Assembly (NCBI GenBank): GCA_003693705.1
Contig: RBZT01000995.1
Coordinates: forward strand, 15,284 to 79,283
DNA: 64,000 nt
Direction: 5' to 3'
Source: Polymyxa betae A26-41
Lineage: Eukaryota; Protista; Endomyxa: Phytomyxea
Part shown: piece after piece, positions 35,455-49,027 of the stretch
Layout of the letters: every line of letters starts with the position of its first letter
Numbering within the stretch: position 1 is the first letter of the stretch
Notes under the pieces: model-generated
The model's database searches: none
What the model saw: the letters and a program-made list of their open reading frames with translations, nothing else
What the model was told of the DNA's origin: nothing
Translations under genes and position numbers: made by a program

Positions 35455-36202
35455 ATGTCGACGTCTTCCAATAAAGGCACGGCTCATCTGCCGCCCATCA
35501 ATATCACTGATTCGCAAACGGTCAAACATACTTTGGACGATCAAGCCATTGCGGTTGGGCTATGTTTGAGATCTTCATTTTTGAGGCCTAAATCGCTCTA
35601 GTATGTCAGGATGAAAGGCTATCAGGAAAATATGACCCCAGTTGTGCTGTCATCAGTGATATCTATTATCGCTGTTGTTCTTGCTGTGTATGGGCATTTT
35701 CTTCCTTATCCTGCTGAAAGAACCAAGTTGATACTTTGTGTATCTGGGTATGAATTTGCGTTAGTTGTTGAAGATTTTTAACTTCTCTATTAACCAGATT
35801 TGGGATTTGTACATTGTTTTTGAGAGGTCTCAAGTTCTACTACGGCAAGAATGCCTTGATTTGTGTCAAATCTCGCGAGGTCAGTCCATCTGTCCTTATT
35901 TAACGTCGGCTTATAACATTGCGATATAGTCGCAGATCCCTGGACAGATACAGAAATTAGGCAAGGTGGCCCCAGGTCTCAGTCTTTCTACAACGATGGA
36001 ACCGCGCCAGGATATCTACAAGGTTACTCTGACCCCTCGGAAGTGCAACGAAGCATCAACTCAGTTGCAAGAAATCACCATTGATCTGTCTGTCTTCGAG
36101 TTCTTTGATGTTGCAGGCAACTTCTTGAGAAATAAGTTCTATGACCGACTTGGTGAAGTATTTGAAGCCTATCACTCTACGGCAGCAAAGAAGATTCAAT
36201 GA
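35455..36202 (+). CDS. SPCS2: Signal peptidase complex subunit 2 (SPC25/SPCS2)
   Basis: INITDSQTVKHTLDD, two TM segments and a C-terminal SVFEFFDVAG; multi-exon. Confidence 0.75.
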
Positions 36203-36286
36203 TGCCAATATATTGTTTTAGTTCGCATCTTACTGTAATACTCTTACTTTGTCTCGTTTTGTTTATTGAGACACTTAAAAGTTACT

Positions 36287-38440
36287 TCAGTCCCCGCCAT
36301 ACTTCATCTCATTCTCGGAAAAGCCAACAGTTGGGAACTGTCTTGCAAATTCTACAGCACAATCAATATTTACTTGTAATCTCTCAGTTTGCACAACATA
36401 CCGATAACGTCTTTTTTAAGGCCAGAGAGACCGTGGTCTTCTGATGTCAGTGTAGCCTCAAAATCTTTTATCTTGCTTGATGGAGACTAGTTCATGTTAG
36501 ATCTAACAAGTCTGTTATCGCTTATCTAACCTTCTTAGCTACTGTCAGTGTGACGTCGATACCTTTTATAACAAAATCCGCTATCTTCTTGAAGTCTGCT
36601 TCTTCCAGTCCTGTGTAAACTTTTATGTCAAAAAAACGGAATTATCATTACATGCAGAGTGGACCTCGCGATGTCATTGCCGGGGTTCCCAGTCGGATTC
36701 CTGGATGCTTATCAGTCGAAGCCGAACTTATCATCCATGAACGTTAAATACCTCCAGGAGTCATTGCACTTTTGTCACCCGGGACAGTATTTTTGTTCAA
36801 AGCAATATTGACCCGCTCCAAAGTTTTCTCCACCTTTTAGATGTCGGGAAAGATGTTTCAATGCGAAAATTGAAAGATATACCTTTGCGCCATCTATCCC
36901 CAAAGGTTTTACATCGATGAGGAAAAGATGGTTATCAGTTCCGCCAGATACTATTCTGAATCCTTTTTCCAGGAATGATTTAGCTAGGACTTGGCAATTG
37001 GAGAGAACTTTCTTTTGGTAGGTAGTGAACTCATCCGATTTGGCCTAATTCAAAATTTAACTTGATATCGTTTATCAGTTGTAATCAGACCTGATGGAGA
37101 GCGACTGCAAGAGCAGTAATTGTGTGATTGTGAGGTCCACCTTGATGTCCAGGGAAGACGGCGTGGTTAATTGCCGACTCTAGATCATATTGGATCTCTT
37201 TCCCCTTCTTATTAACCGATTTTACTCCTGAAAGAATCAGCAACAAAGAGTTGTGATTCAAAAAAACGAACCTTTGCGGTAGAAGATCATTGCCCCTCTT
37301 GGCCCTCTTAATGATTTATGGGTTGTAGTGGTGACAATATCAGCGTATTCGAATGGATTTCGCAGCAATTTGGCAGCTATTAATCCTGACACATGCGCCA
37401 TATCGTACATGAAGTGTGCTGAATTATCATCAGCAACCTAAATAGGACTTTAGTTCGGTGAATTATCGACTTCGACAGAATTGCCTTTCGTAATATTTCG
37501 TAGTCAAAATCTCTTGAATAAGCAGAGGCACCGCTCACTAAGATTTTTGGGCGATATCTGGAAGCCAAAAACTCCAATTCCTCGTAGTTTATCAGTCCAG
37601 TTTCCTTCGCAATGATTGAGTAGATAGAGGGAAATTCACCCAAGTCTAACCTCATTGAGCCGATAGGGCAAAACTTCGAAGTACTTGGAAACCGCTGAAA
37701 TTTTCTTTGTTGGTGTTTGGTATCCATGAGACAAACTACGGCATTGCTCTTGAGAAAAGTACTTCAACAAACATTGATTGACTTACTGTCCACCATGCGG
37801 CAGATCCAAACTCATAATCCGATCGTGTGCGTTTAGAAGGGCCGAGTATACGTAAAAATTTGCTGGAGATCCCGACAAAGGCTGAACATTGACACCCCAC
37901 TTTTCCGGATCAAGCCCATACACTTCAAGAGCCCTCTTCTGACAGAGTCGTTCTATTTGGTCGATGTATTCATTTCCGCCATCTACGAAGACGTTTTAGC
38001 TTTGCACATTCAGTCGATCTGGTTTCATTACAATAGCGTGTTCCAGGATATCCTGAAATGAGGGTTTAGAAGATCGTATCCAGCTACCTAGTATTCATAC
38101 CCTCTGAATATTTGTTTTGCATTATTGATCCAAGCGCTTCTAGAACGCTACGTGAAGTAAAATTCTACAGCCAAACTTAATAAAATCTTGGGTGGATTAG
38201 GATGTTCTTTCCTCTGAAGGAATTAAAGAGATACTCTCACGCTGACGCTGCTTTTCGTGTTCTATGATATCAAGAATTTCAGGATCTGCGTCTTTGAGAG
38301 GTCGCGATACAATCTACTCAGTCGTCAGTAGCTAAAATTCCACTGTCTTGGGCCCATACCGAGGAATGCAGCCATCTACCGGGCAGCGATATGGTGGGAC
38401 AATGGCCAGCTCTGATGCCAATCCTGATGATTGATTGCAT
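36287..38440 (-). CDS. SHMT: Serine hydroxymethyltransferase, probably mitochondrial, many introns
   Basis: [89 protein letters not shown]. Arg-rich, acid-free presequence [12 protein letters not shown]... Confidence 0.95.
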
Positions 38441-38645
38441 AATGACGAAGTGAACTGAAGGATGGATTGGGTCAAATATGTTCAAGTAGCCTTCGTTACC
38501 GAAGTATGCCGCTTATCATTCTACTATCACACACATCTCTAGACAGTTTATTTGGCAATCCTCTCGCTAATTACAATTTTGACCTTGCCCATGCTCAACT
38601 GTTAGTGTTTTTTTCCTGATGAGCTTTCACTAGCCTTCTGAGGGG

Positions 38646-39082
38646 ATGGCATCCGGCGACCAAAGTAAACAACCGCTTATTAGCAGAGAATCTGGTGGAC
38701 TTCAATATGCTCTTCGTATGGAGGACGATGCATTAGAAGATATGATTGCAGCTTTAGGGAGATTAGGAGCAATAAGCAAGCAGATGCATGAAGAAATTGC
38801 TCAGCAGAACCAGTAATGTAATGGAAAAGTGACTGTGTCAGATTTAATGTGCATCATTTAGGGAAGTGCAGGATCTCAATGATCGTACATCAGTTACCAC
38901 ATTGAAGTTTCGGAAAGTCGATAAAAAGTTAGAGGAATTGGTCGCTCGATCAGGTAATTCAACCTTCCAATTGCAATCAAGATAGGGACTCAGAATCCGG
39001 AATAGGATGGAGCAGAATGAAAATTATATTTTTCCTCTCGATGTTACTATTGTTTCTTATTAGCCTGATCGTCTATACATAA
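38646..39082 (+). CDS. Short Qc-SNARE (Bet1/syntaxin-6/8-like)
   Basis: EDDALEDMIAALGRLGAISKQMHEEIAQQNQ SNARE motif and a C-terminal TM IIFFLSMLLLFLISLIVYT*; 2 introns. Confidence 0.8.
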
Positions 39083-39295
39083 AAGACATTTGTTTGAAAT
39101 GCTTCAAGTCTAACAAAGTAACGGTTCGGTCAGGTTAGCGATCATTCCTAACAGTTGCACAATACTGAAGTTTGTGGCATTAGGGCTAAATTGACTTCTT
39201 AAACAAGACATAACTCATCATTTCCAATGATTGAGCGATTTCGAACATCATAATCTCACCAATTAATTCATTTAGTCAACAAAACATGATGTACT

Positions 39296-39708
39296 TTAAA
39301 CTTCATCTTCTCTAAGAAGCATATTTGGGATCCCAGATGATATGTTATAGGTTCTTCCACAGCCATCACAGCATAGCTGTCCCTCTTCAATGTGAGTCTA
39401 ATATACGATATATTAAATCTAACGTCGCAAATGGTATCAAAACTTACATCAAGCATGAGAGTGTGTAAAGCCTGGAGTTGGGTTTCATCCTGGACAATGC
39501 CTTCGGGAGAAGAAGGAATATCAATCATCAACTGCTTAGCAACGTCCTTGAGGACGTCATAATCAATACTAGATAGAATGTGTGTGATGAATTCCACACT
39601 GAAATCGGATTCGCCCTGCTCCAATTTAATAGGATTGATTCGAAGCGGGAAATTACGAGGGCATGATTTCACAACGCAAATCAGATGATTATGAGTAAGA
39701 ATTCGCAT
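39296..39708 (-). CDS. TRM112: Methyltransferase activator TRM112
   Basis: [45 protein letters not shown]; one intron. Confidence 0.92.
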
Positions 39709-39922
39709 CGTGTAGGCAAAATCGATGACGAAATCGCAAATTTGGAAGAAACTCAATGTTGGTCAATCACCAAATTTGAGAATACCATTCGGTACGGACT
39801 TCGTAACCAAAAAAAATTTCACCAGATTTTGGAAAAATTTCCGAAAAAATTCAGATTAATCGGGCAGGATTTTTGTACGGTGGTAGATGATCTCATCACA
39901 ATCTTGAGCATGCAACCTCGTT

Positions 39923-40669
39923 ATGGATATCACTGACGATGAACAGAATCAATACAAACTGGTTGTTTGTCTTGCCAAAGAACGAGGGCAGGCAACAGAA
40001 CATCATTCAGCAAATTATCGCAAACTACATGAGTCAATTCGGGAAATTCCAAAATCACATTCATTACCGGCGCCACGACCAATGACGGTTCAAAATAAGT
40101 TCAATGTTCGACTCAAACTAGCCGATAATCCGGTCAAAATAAAGAAAAAGCCGATCAATCAAACTGCTGCTATTATTCGAAACGAGCGGATCAAAGAAAT
40201 GAACCCTTCAATGGAAGTATCCCAGACCGTTGAAGGTAAGCACTCCCAGACGTTTGTCCAATCGGAACAGCCCCCAGCGATACATCCAGCAAACATAAAT
40301 TATGCTACAATCCAAAGAAATGATCTCAAGCTTTGTAAACGCCTTTATAAGCTTCAATCAGAATTTGAGAAAATCATCAGCACCTCGAATCAGCACGGTT
40401 CGAAACAAGTCATTGTCGAGAGTGAAGAGCACTGGGAGAAAAAACTGTTAGCTCCATTGTTCAGGGATGACGAATTCAAACATCCGTTTGCCAATATAGC
40501 ATCAACATCTCTGTTTTCGGCAAAAAAACACAAATCGCACCCCATTGTTGTGAAGAACCAGCATGCAAGAGATGTGTTTTTTGAAAAAATCCGAAAACAT
40601 ATCATAGATAATTCGAAGGTGCACTATCGATCGCTACGAAGATGTTATCCAAGGATCAAGCAAAACTAA
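39923..40669 (+). CDS. Hypothetical basic protein
   Basis: 248 aa uninterrupted ORF with no recognisable domain. Confidence 0.55.
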   Translation: MDITDDEQNQYKLVVCLAKERGQATEHHSANYRKLHESIREIPKSHSLPAPRPMTVQNKFNVRLKLADNPVKIKKKPINQTAAIIRNERIKEMNPSMEVSQTVEGKHSQTFVQSEQPPAIHPANINYATIQRNDLKLCKRLYKLQSEFEKIISTSNQHGSKQVIVESEEHWEKKLLAPLFRDDEFKHPFANIASTSLFSAKKHKSHPIVVKNQHARDVFFEKIRKHIIDNSKVHYRSLRRCYPRIKQN

Positions 40670-40707
40670 TAGATGTATGAATAGCTTGTATAATGTTCGG
40701 CAAACGA

Positions 40708-41745
40708 TCAAGAAGCAGGAACGGGATCTTCATCGGATAGAGCGACATCGTGAATGTGTATCACATGGTCATCTTTGAGTGAATATTTGATAAGCAAACG
40801 GTCAAGCCGAACCAAATAAACTTTGGTCGGATTCGGAGTGGATCGTTGATAGAGTGATCGAATGTCGTTTCGAAGAACCTCCTCAATCAATAACTGAATT
40901 GATTTGATATCATCATAAAATTCCAACTCAGAAACAAGATCCTTTAACTGAGATCGAACTTGATCTGTGAAACATACAGATAATGGTGGCGAGCCCTGAG
41001 CGAAATCGGATTGAATCCATTCAGGACAGGTTGTTGCTCTTAAAGCATCATATCTCTCTACATATGGCTTAATATCAAGAATAGGCGTCCCAGAGATCAA
41101 ATCTACTCCAGATAGAAGAATTCGATTATCAGAAATAGATTCGATACGACCCAGACTGAGTGCGATCGGATTCGGGCGATGAGGACAGCGAGTAGCGAAG
41201 ATTCCTTTCTTCGCACCATTCAGTCTCGGAGGAGCAATTTTAGTTTTGAACTTTCCGTCCTGCGATTTAATGATGTCCGTATTTTGGTGAAAGATCGCAA
41301 TGATCCATATATGTGAGAAGGATTCCAAACCAGAAAGGCTGGACTGAGCCTGCACGAAAGGCTCCAGAACTAATTCGGCTTTGGCATGTGCCGCTAAAAG
41401 AGACTGTCTCGGTGTCCCGCGGCGGTCACGAAATACAGATTGAATGAATCCAATAGGTTTCAGTGGAACAACACCTGAGCATGTAATCTGTCTCTGCTCA
41501 CGAAGCAGTTTTTCAGCTCGAGTTCGACCAACGCGATCATCATGCCGCTTCCGGCGTTCGTGATCGAGAAGTGATTCCAATTCTTTGATTTTAGGTGCGT
41601 CTTCTTGACCTAAGGTAAAGTTTAGAAACTGGGGATTGGTTCCTGACTGTGACTGACGCCGGCAGAAGAAGACGCCGAATAGAACTACATCAACTACAAG
41701 TGTTACAACGAGAGAGAATGGGATTGATAAGAACAGATCCCACAT
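40708..41745 (-). CDS. TRMO: tRNA (adenine37-N6)-methyltransferase TrmO/TsaA with an N-terminal TM and coiled coil
   Basis: PIGFIQSVF..RGTPRQ, GLESFSHIW, PPRL..GIFATRCPHRPNPIALS, GVDLISGTPILDIKPY. Confidence 0.92.
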   Translation of the reverse strand: MWDLFLSIPFSLVVTLVVDVVLFGVFFCRRQSQSGTNPQFLNFTLGQEDAPKIKELESLLDHERRKRHDDRVGRTRAEKLLREQRQITCSGVVPLKPIGFIQSVFRDRRGTPRQSLLAAHAKAELVLEPFVQAQSSLSGLESFSHIWIIAIFHQNTDIIKSQDGKFKTKIAPPRLNGAKKGIFATRCPHRPNPIALSLGRIESISDNRILLSGVDLISGTPILDIKPYVERYDALRATTCPEWIQSDFAQGSPPLSVCFTDQVRSQLKDLVSELEFYDDIKSIQLLIEEVLRNDIRSLYQRSTPNPTKVYLVRLDRLLIKYSLKDDHVIHIHDVALSDEDPVPAS

Positions 41746-42310
41746 CGTAACAGAAACTCTTCAAGAGTGCGACCTGTCACCGTTGACCGAAACTGCGCGT
41801 GATCATTGTGGGATTTTATAATCATATTTAATACCTACTTACGTGTCACATTAAAGAGTTACATCAGCCAACGTTTTAGAACAGCGATCTGGTAAAGAAG
41901 GCATAATGTTGCAATATTTACGAACATGTACAAATAAAAGCCAGCAACTTGTTGGACAGCTATGGGCACTGAATCTGCCTGAATCGGTCACGTTTTTAAT
42001 CTCCAAATATGTCTCGTTAAGCAATCGGTGCTCCGTTTTTACTTAAACGGAGAAGTCATATAGGATAACGTCAGAACGTTAACAATGTTATAATCATCGG
42101 CTCATCGCTTCAAATGTCGTACTGTATTGCACAGTTAAGCAGACTTCTAGTTGCGTATCTGCTTCGTATGAGAATGTGATAAGGAGAGGCCAGAACTCCC
42201 CAATTGACAATGAATAAAAATGTTGTAAAGACCCCATGACAACCCCGTCCCAACACCGAGTAAAGTGCGGTGCAGTGCTACAGAGGACTCTCTCTTATCC
42301 CATCATTGCA

Positions 42311-45300
42311 ATGTCGATCTCGGCTCCAACACCACAATCCACATCTGTCTTATCGGACCATAATTCACCTCAAGACGAATCGATTCAGCTCAGCCGTTTG
42401 GAAGACCTTGCCGATGCCTTTTACAACAGTCAGGATCAAGGTAGAAACGCCAATCCGAGTCGTGCTTCGTTATCATTAAATCGTGCACCTTCAGGAGCAA
42501 GAAGGCAGGCCCATATAGCTCTGCTGCCTTTCACTAACTCTGCTGATTGCATTCCTCAATGTCAGTTCATTATTGACCATTCTCGCAAGCCATACGCTCT
42601 TCTGTTAGCCGCTTCAAGTTTACTTCGGTTGCTGACACAATTTTGGAACGCTTTCAGCGTCGACCAAACCGTCGAAATGCGCAATTACTTGTTAAATTAT
42701 CTGGCATCGAATGTGGAGAAAGGTCTTCCCAATTTTGTTCAAGCTGCTATTATTCAGGTGCTGGTTGCAAGCTGATGATGTTCTGTTAGGTCTCATCTGT
42801 AATAGGACATTTGCAGGATTGCAAAGCTCGGTTGGCTTTCATATCAACATCAAGACGTTGTCACAGACATTTCCAAAATCTTGGAACACTCACTGCTGCA
42901 TTGCGTTTTGGGTCTGCAGATTCTTACCGAATTGATCGACGAAATGAACCATGCCATTCCAGGTGAGTAATCTGTTTTTTAAGGGTCGGAGTATCCTTAG
43001 GCTCAAGAAATATTGCTTAGGAGAAACAGTTTCGGCTCACAGGAAAGTTGCCGTATCGTTTCGTGATAAGGCACTGCTGCATGTTTTTCAAATCTCGTTA
43101 ACCTCCCTGAAGCAACTGGTTTCGAGTCCTGAGGGGGGAGTTGATCCTGCCTTAAGTTTAAAAGCTCGTATGCAATCATTAATGCTTTGCTTGAAATGTC
43201 TGTCATTTGATTATATTGGAACGTGTTCGGATGAATCAACTGAAGTATGTGACGCTTATCGTGCCGGTATTGCTCTTGATCCGTCATTCAGGAATTCGGG
43301 TCCTTGCAGATTCCATCATCCTGGCGAACATCGATTGAGGACGCTGCAACATTGGTGCTGTTCTTCGATGTTATTAAGAAAAGCAAAGGGCCGCATATCA
43401 GCAAGGTATTGGCATGCAAATTATCTCGTCGTGGCAAAACTAATAGCGTTAGTGCATGGAAATTCTGGTTCAGCTTTCCTCTGTAAGACGGTCACTATTT
43501 TCTTCTGAAGAGTTGAGAAAAAAGTAGATCTCCTTCAAACGGTTTACAGATACATTTCTGATTTCTGTTCAGATATCTACACTGTCTTCTTCAGAACACA
43601 TCTGATGTCATTGAAAATCATTCGCATATTCTTTCTGATAAAGAAACGTACATTCATTTCTGTCGTTTACTCGTCGCCATTAAAGCTAACTATCAGCTAG
43701 CGGATTTGGCCAATGTAAATCAGAAATCCGCTATAATATCGATGTGCTTATTCACCTCACAGCTTGAGATCTATGGCCCCTGGATTCGTTCTGTAGCGAA
43801 CTTCACAGTAACGAGTTTCGCGAACTGGGAATGGGTTGGATCATCGACACATTACTTGGTGACATTATGGGCTCGGTTAACGCTTTCGATTCCCTACATG
43901 CGTGGAGATCTCACCACATATCTAGATACACTTGTGCCTCAGGTCTGTCGCTTTTGGCATTAAAGTGAATTCGCGCTTATGCTACTGTACAGGTCACGCA
44001 GGCATTCATTGATACAAGAATGAAAGCGGTTACAAAAGACGTTGAAGAAGACGAAGCTGACACATTCTTTGAGGAATCGTCGATCTCTGAAAATCTTCAT
44101 TATATTCCTACGCTCTGTCGGTATGTCTTTCGCTTTCTGTTTTTTTACAGCAACTGGATTTGTATTTTTAGTCACGTCTATTCATCAACTTTTTCGTTCC
44201 TGTGCACTCGGTTGGATCCATTACTTCAAAGTTATCGTGAGGCCGTCGAAATACTACGATCAGAAAGAGCGGTTGATAACAGTTTCTGGCGAAACGTGAA
44301 CGTCACCGAAGGTTACTGCTCTCTGCCTGGGTCAGATGTTTGCAATCCTGAGTACTCTTCTTAGCAACTTTGAGCTGGCTGATTTATGTCACTGGTTCGG
44401 TGATCTCTGGTCAGGTAAGCTCAGCTACTTCCCGAGATGATCAAATTGCCATCGATGGGCAATTATGCGCCCGTATATTCCTTCTCCTTGATAAGACCAC
44501 TTTCCGGGTCACTACAACCCAGAACGCCAACGTGTCATGTCCATCTTATATTGATCAAGCACTTTTGTATTTCATGCAGCAGTTCAGAAAGTAACATTCG
44601 TGCTTGACGGCTGATGTCCATAATGATTGGCATTACTAAACAGAGCCCATGTTGGGCAAGAAACCGTTACGCGGGGCATTCGTGTGATGGATGCTACGAC
44701 CGCAACTGAACCCCAGATTTTTTCGGCGATGTCTGAGATAATGGGCCAGCCTACTCAACAGATCTCGATTCTCAATGGGATGCTTGAGGTGAGCTATCTG
44801 TATTCCGTTTTCGTTTGTCCTCAACTGCTTGAAGAAAATCGTCGCAATTCTCAGGGTTTGGGCTCGCAATACCCCAATGTGTAGTGAAGCGCTGACGCTG
44901 CTTCATGATCTGTCGTCAGGGTATGGTAATCTGTGATTTTATCAGGACATAATTTAGTATTCGTTTGACAGATATTCAAGTGCTAAGCTGCTGCTTCAGT
45001 GTGAGGCAGCCAAATCTATTCTCACTAACCATGGGAAATCGAGCGTTTTCCCATTCATGGACGTACCTGTCAATTCAAAACTTCGCACCAGGTTTTACAT
45101 AACTTGGGTCAAACTCTTTCTTTGTCGTTGACTGCCATTCTGATTTATGTCCATCAGGGTAGAATGGTCATGTCAGAGCAGAATATCGATTTCTTTGATC
45201 AATACATGGAGCCCTTCGAACAACGATTCAATTTCTTGAACCAGCAAGGCAATTTTCGGACAGATGAGGTAGGGTGGTGTTTGCCCTGTTATTCCAAAAT

Positions 45301-46816
45301 TTTGATGTCCAATCAAGGTCCGCCATCTTGGAATTGGTCTGACACGAGATCTGCGGGGCATTGTACAATCCACATACAACAAGGTTGCTTACACGATGTT
45401 CTTTGACTGGATCTATCCCAAATTTTTTGGGCAGGTTTATAAAGCGTTTCGACAGCGATATTCGTATCTGAATTCAGGTTAGGTTCTTCGTTTACTGGAA
45501 AGTCTCTGGGATATTCCTGCTGTAGCCATTCCTGTTTTGCGGTTTATTGCTGAATTTGTCCTGAACCGGACCCAAAGGATTTCCTTCGGCCCTTCTGTTC
45601 CAAACGGAATTGTACGTTTGATTAATTAACGCTGCTTACTTGTTAATGTTAAGGTCTCATTAGATATTGTTCCGCGAATCGAGTAAGATGATTTCTATTT
45701 ATGGCAATCGAATTTTGGCTAACAAGGACACTGTTGGTGATGTCTATAAAGAACGGTAAGATCCCATTGACAGTGATTAACTGATCGTATTAAGTTGTTC
45801 ATCCAGGTATAAAGGCATCGGGCTCTGTATGGACATTCTATACAATGGGCTGAGTGGAGATTATACGAATTTTGGTACATTTGCTGTTTCATTTATCCAG
45901 CACCTTTGTCATATTTTTACTTTATAGGCGTATTTCATCTTTACAACGACCCCTGCCTTCAGACTGCGTTTCAGACGGTTATTAAACTGATTCTGCTGTT
46001 TCCTTTATCGGAGCTTTTAGCATTCAAGAAGATTTCGCTCAAGTATTTCACATTGTTAGAGATTCTTTACCGAAACCATATGGATTTGTTCGTCCAGCTT
46101 GACACTCCAGTGTAATAAGTTTTGATGGTCCATGATGTCACACTGATTCTCACAATGACCCAGGTTTCTAGCCCTTCTGTCGTCGTTAGCTGACGGAATT
46201 TCCTCATTTGATACGAGAGTATCGTCTCTAGCTGCAACTGCTGTTGACAACGTTGCCACATTTATTTTCAAGCAAAAGAACAAAAAGAGCGCTAGAGGAC
46301 CAGCAGCAGTATTCGCTCTGTTTGAGAAGCATATGGTAATTTCCCTGTACTTGCTTCTTTGTCTGGTACTGATCATGTTTATTTTAGTCTCAATCAGGTG
46401 ATATATTCCCTTCATTTCTACAGCTTCTTCTGCAGCTCATTATTTTCGAAAATGCATCAAACCACTGGGCTCTATCACGTCCTGTACTCAGTTTAATCCT
46501 TGATATGGAGCCGGTCCGATAGATATTACTCTTCTATAGATTGCTCATTTCTGACTTGTTCATCTCCTAGGCGTTCACTCAGCTCAAACAAGAACTCATC
46601 AGGGCTCAAACTCCAGAGTTGCAATCTCTGATTGCTGCTGCATCTGAAAGATTGATGGAAGGTTGTCGTTTCTTCTTTATACATGCCCTAGCGTCCTGAT
46701 TATTGTTAGGTATCCGTCCAAATCTTGACAATCGTAATCGGGATAAATTTACACAAAATTTAACCCTATTTCGAAACGATCTGCGAAAATTGGGAGTAAA
46801 GCCGTTCGGGTCATAG
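42311..46816 (+). CDS. XPO7: Exportin-7/RanBP16-17, many introns
   Basis: CQFIIDHS..PYALLLAASSL, MRNYLLNYL, HRKVAVSFRDKAL, CLSFDYIG, HFCRLL, RDLRG, NGIILFRE, NHWALSRP, RDKFTQNL. Confidence 0.92.
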
Positions 46817-46942
46817 GATATCTGACATCGTCCTGGCATTGTTTCTCTGTTCACGATTGTATACACAAAATTGAATAAAACAGAACAGTAATGATAAACA
46901 GACATTTATCTAGAATTTTTGTGGATTCTTGAGTGAGTTAAA

Positions 46943-47693
46943 TCATTTAGGAACAGATCCATAATCTAGAACGTATGGAGCAACAGCTACTCCACCACGA
47001 CTGCTTAATGTCTTGATTGTATCCCAGCGATGCCAGGCTCCAGACTCTGCTAAAAATCCTGTCATTTAGTCAGGCCAAGACACGCCAATAGATCTACCAA
47101 CAAATATTCCACAACCTTCCAAAGGCTCCAAAGGTTGCCCTTTGTCATTAACGTCAAGCGGCGTCGTGAATTGGTCCACAACATCTAAATCAATTGGAAC
47201 GATCGGATATTGAACATATGCTGGATTATAAGCCGGTATCGACTGTATAAAATCAGGTGTCAATGGAACAGGCTTGATACAGCCAGGAATCGATTGCTCT
47301 CCTGTTAGCTGTACCTGAAAAACTTCAATCCGCTTGTAATCAAAACTGCTTTCGAATTACTTCAATTGGAACTTGGCGGACGACATCGTCGCCATGGAAC
47401 AAGACATTATACTGTTCATCATCAGCAGATTGCATCATACATTTATGATAAACCAGAGTCCAATGCCTTGGCAGACTGCTCCATTCGTTATTCCAGAGAG
47501 CATATGCTGGTCCTGGTTCGAAAGCGGCATCTAATTGATACAAGTCGGTCTGAGGCACATCCAGTTTCACCTGCGATGTGCAGAGATCACGAGCACATAA
47601 CGACGTCTGCCGTTTCTGAACCGAACAGACGACGACCGGTGCTGCTGACAGCGAACCCGGCTGAGAAGCCACAATGTAGCCTGCAAGCTTCAT
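46943..47693 (-). CDS. Hypothetical protein, multi-exon
   Basis: In-frame exons MKLAGY...VKLDVPQ...WTLVYHKC...PLEGCGIF...YVLDYGSVPK*. Confidence 0.5.
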
Positions 47694-47922
47694 ACCCGCC
47701 TAGAGCGCATTTGCTGATAAAACCATAATTCGGATTTTTACAAAACTTGACGAGTTCAGATAGCTGAAACATATTACAAACTGGATAAAAGTTTTGGTCT
47801 TTATAAAGTACTTTCGATGACAATCCGTTAGTTAAGATTTCTAATTAGATCATTGGAATAAAAGCAAATATCGCGATGATGATAGAAAGACGTTTTGAAC
47901 GAAAGCTTCCTGATAGGGTTGA

Positions 47923-48721
47923 TCACGACTGTTTATAATTGATGCTGTAGGAGCCGGTGTTGGGATCTTTCACAGCCTGGAAGTTATCCAAACTCATACC
48001 GAACTTGCCCAAAATACTGTTTCCTAATTCTTTCAGTTTTCCTGATATTCGTTATTAGAGCCTAATATGGTGCTGCATTCGTGAATAAAATGAACGAACC
48101 CATCATTTCTTCCTGCTGTTGTTTCTCCCAGACAGTCTTCACTGATTGAAGACGAGCAAGTTCTTTGATGTAGAGTTGATTTCCAGGTTTAATAGTTTGT
48201 GAAAGACATTCCATATCTGAAAATTAGAAATCAGAGCTGATCTACTTCAGTCATTACAAAAAACATAATCCCGACAGATAAGCAATGAGCTCAATAAATG
48301 ATATAATATAGCAAGTTTAAAGACTCAAAACGACCTTGAATCGCTTCTGAATATTTATCGAGTTTTTCATAGGCTTTAACCCTTCTCAGCAAAGCCTTTT
48401 CATATTGTGAATCGATTTCAAGCGCTTTCGTACAATGTTCAACAGCCTATAACTACCCGGTCAACATCCTTAAAGAGCACAAGGACTGCCCATAACCTGT
48501 TCGAAATCATCGACAGCCAGAGCACATGCAGCTAGATTGCAATAACATGCAGCAGCTGTTCCATTCTGATCATGGCAGAGCTGCAGCGCTGCTCGATAAT
48601 GAGCCTGGGCGCCATCATAGTCACCGTCGCTATAGAGACGGTTGCCAGCGTCCTTATGAGCCAGAGCCTCGTCTGTCTGACCTTCCTGAACCTGATCATG
48701 ATGCTCCTCAACGGCCGCCAT
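47923..48721 (-). CDS. TTC1: TPR protein, TTC1-like
   Basis: KDAGNRLY..A..Y, YCNLAAC, CTKALE..YEKALLRR, and the TTC1-type C-terminus KLKELGNSILGKFGMSLDNFQAVKDPNTGSYSINY. Confidence 0.85.
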
Positions 48722-49027
48722 CGCAATATCACTTTATGGGTCTGAGAACGTTCCGTCACCGCACGATGATCAAACACTAAAACAGTTCGATCGGGCGAAA
48801 ACGCCAGTTCGTAATCAGAGTCGATACAAAAAATGTAAGTTGATCAATTTAATCCTATTCAATAACATCGATAATATTGACTGAGTTAATAAAGGTCCTC
48901 ATCAAAAATTTTCAGAAATAAATCCAAAAATTCGTCAAGTTTTGTTAACATGTTTAATGTAAGCACGCAGTATTATTATCTTGTCTGTTGCACCGAACTA
49001 AAGTTCATTTATTGTTTAGAAATCGTG

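Noticed and set aside
42031-42052. Perfect 8-bp stem CTCCGTTT/AAACGGAG in the TRMO-XPO7 spacer
   Set aside because: Isolated short hairpin with no supporting context.
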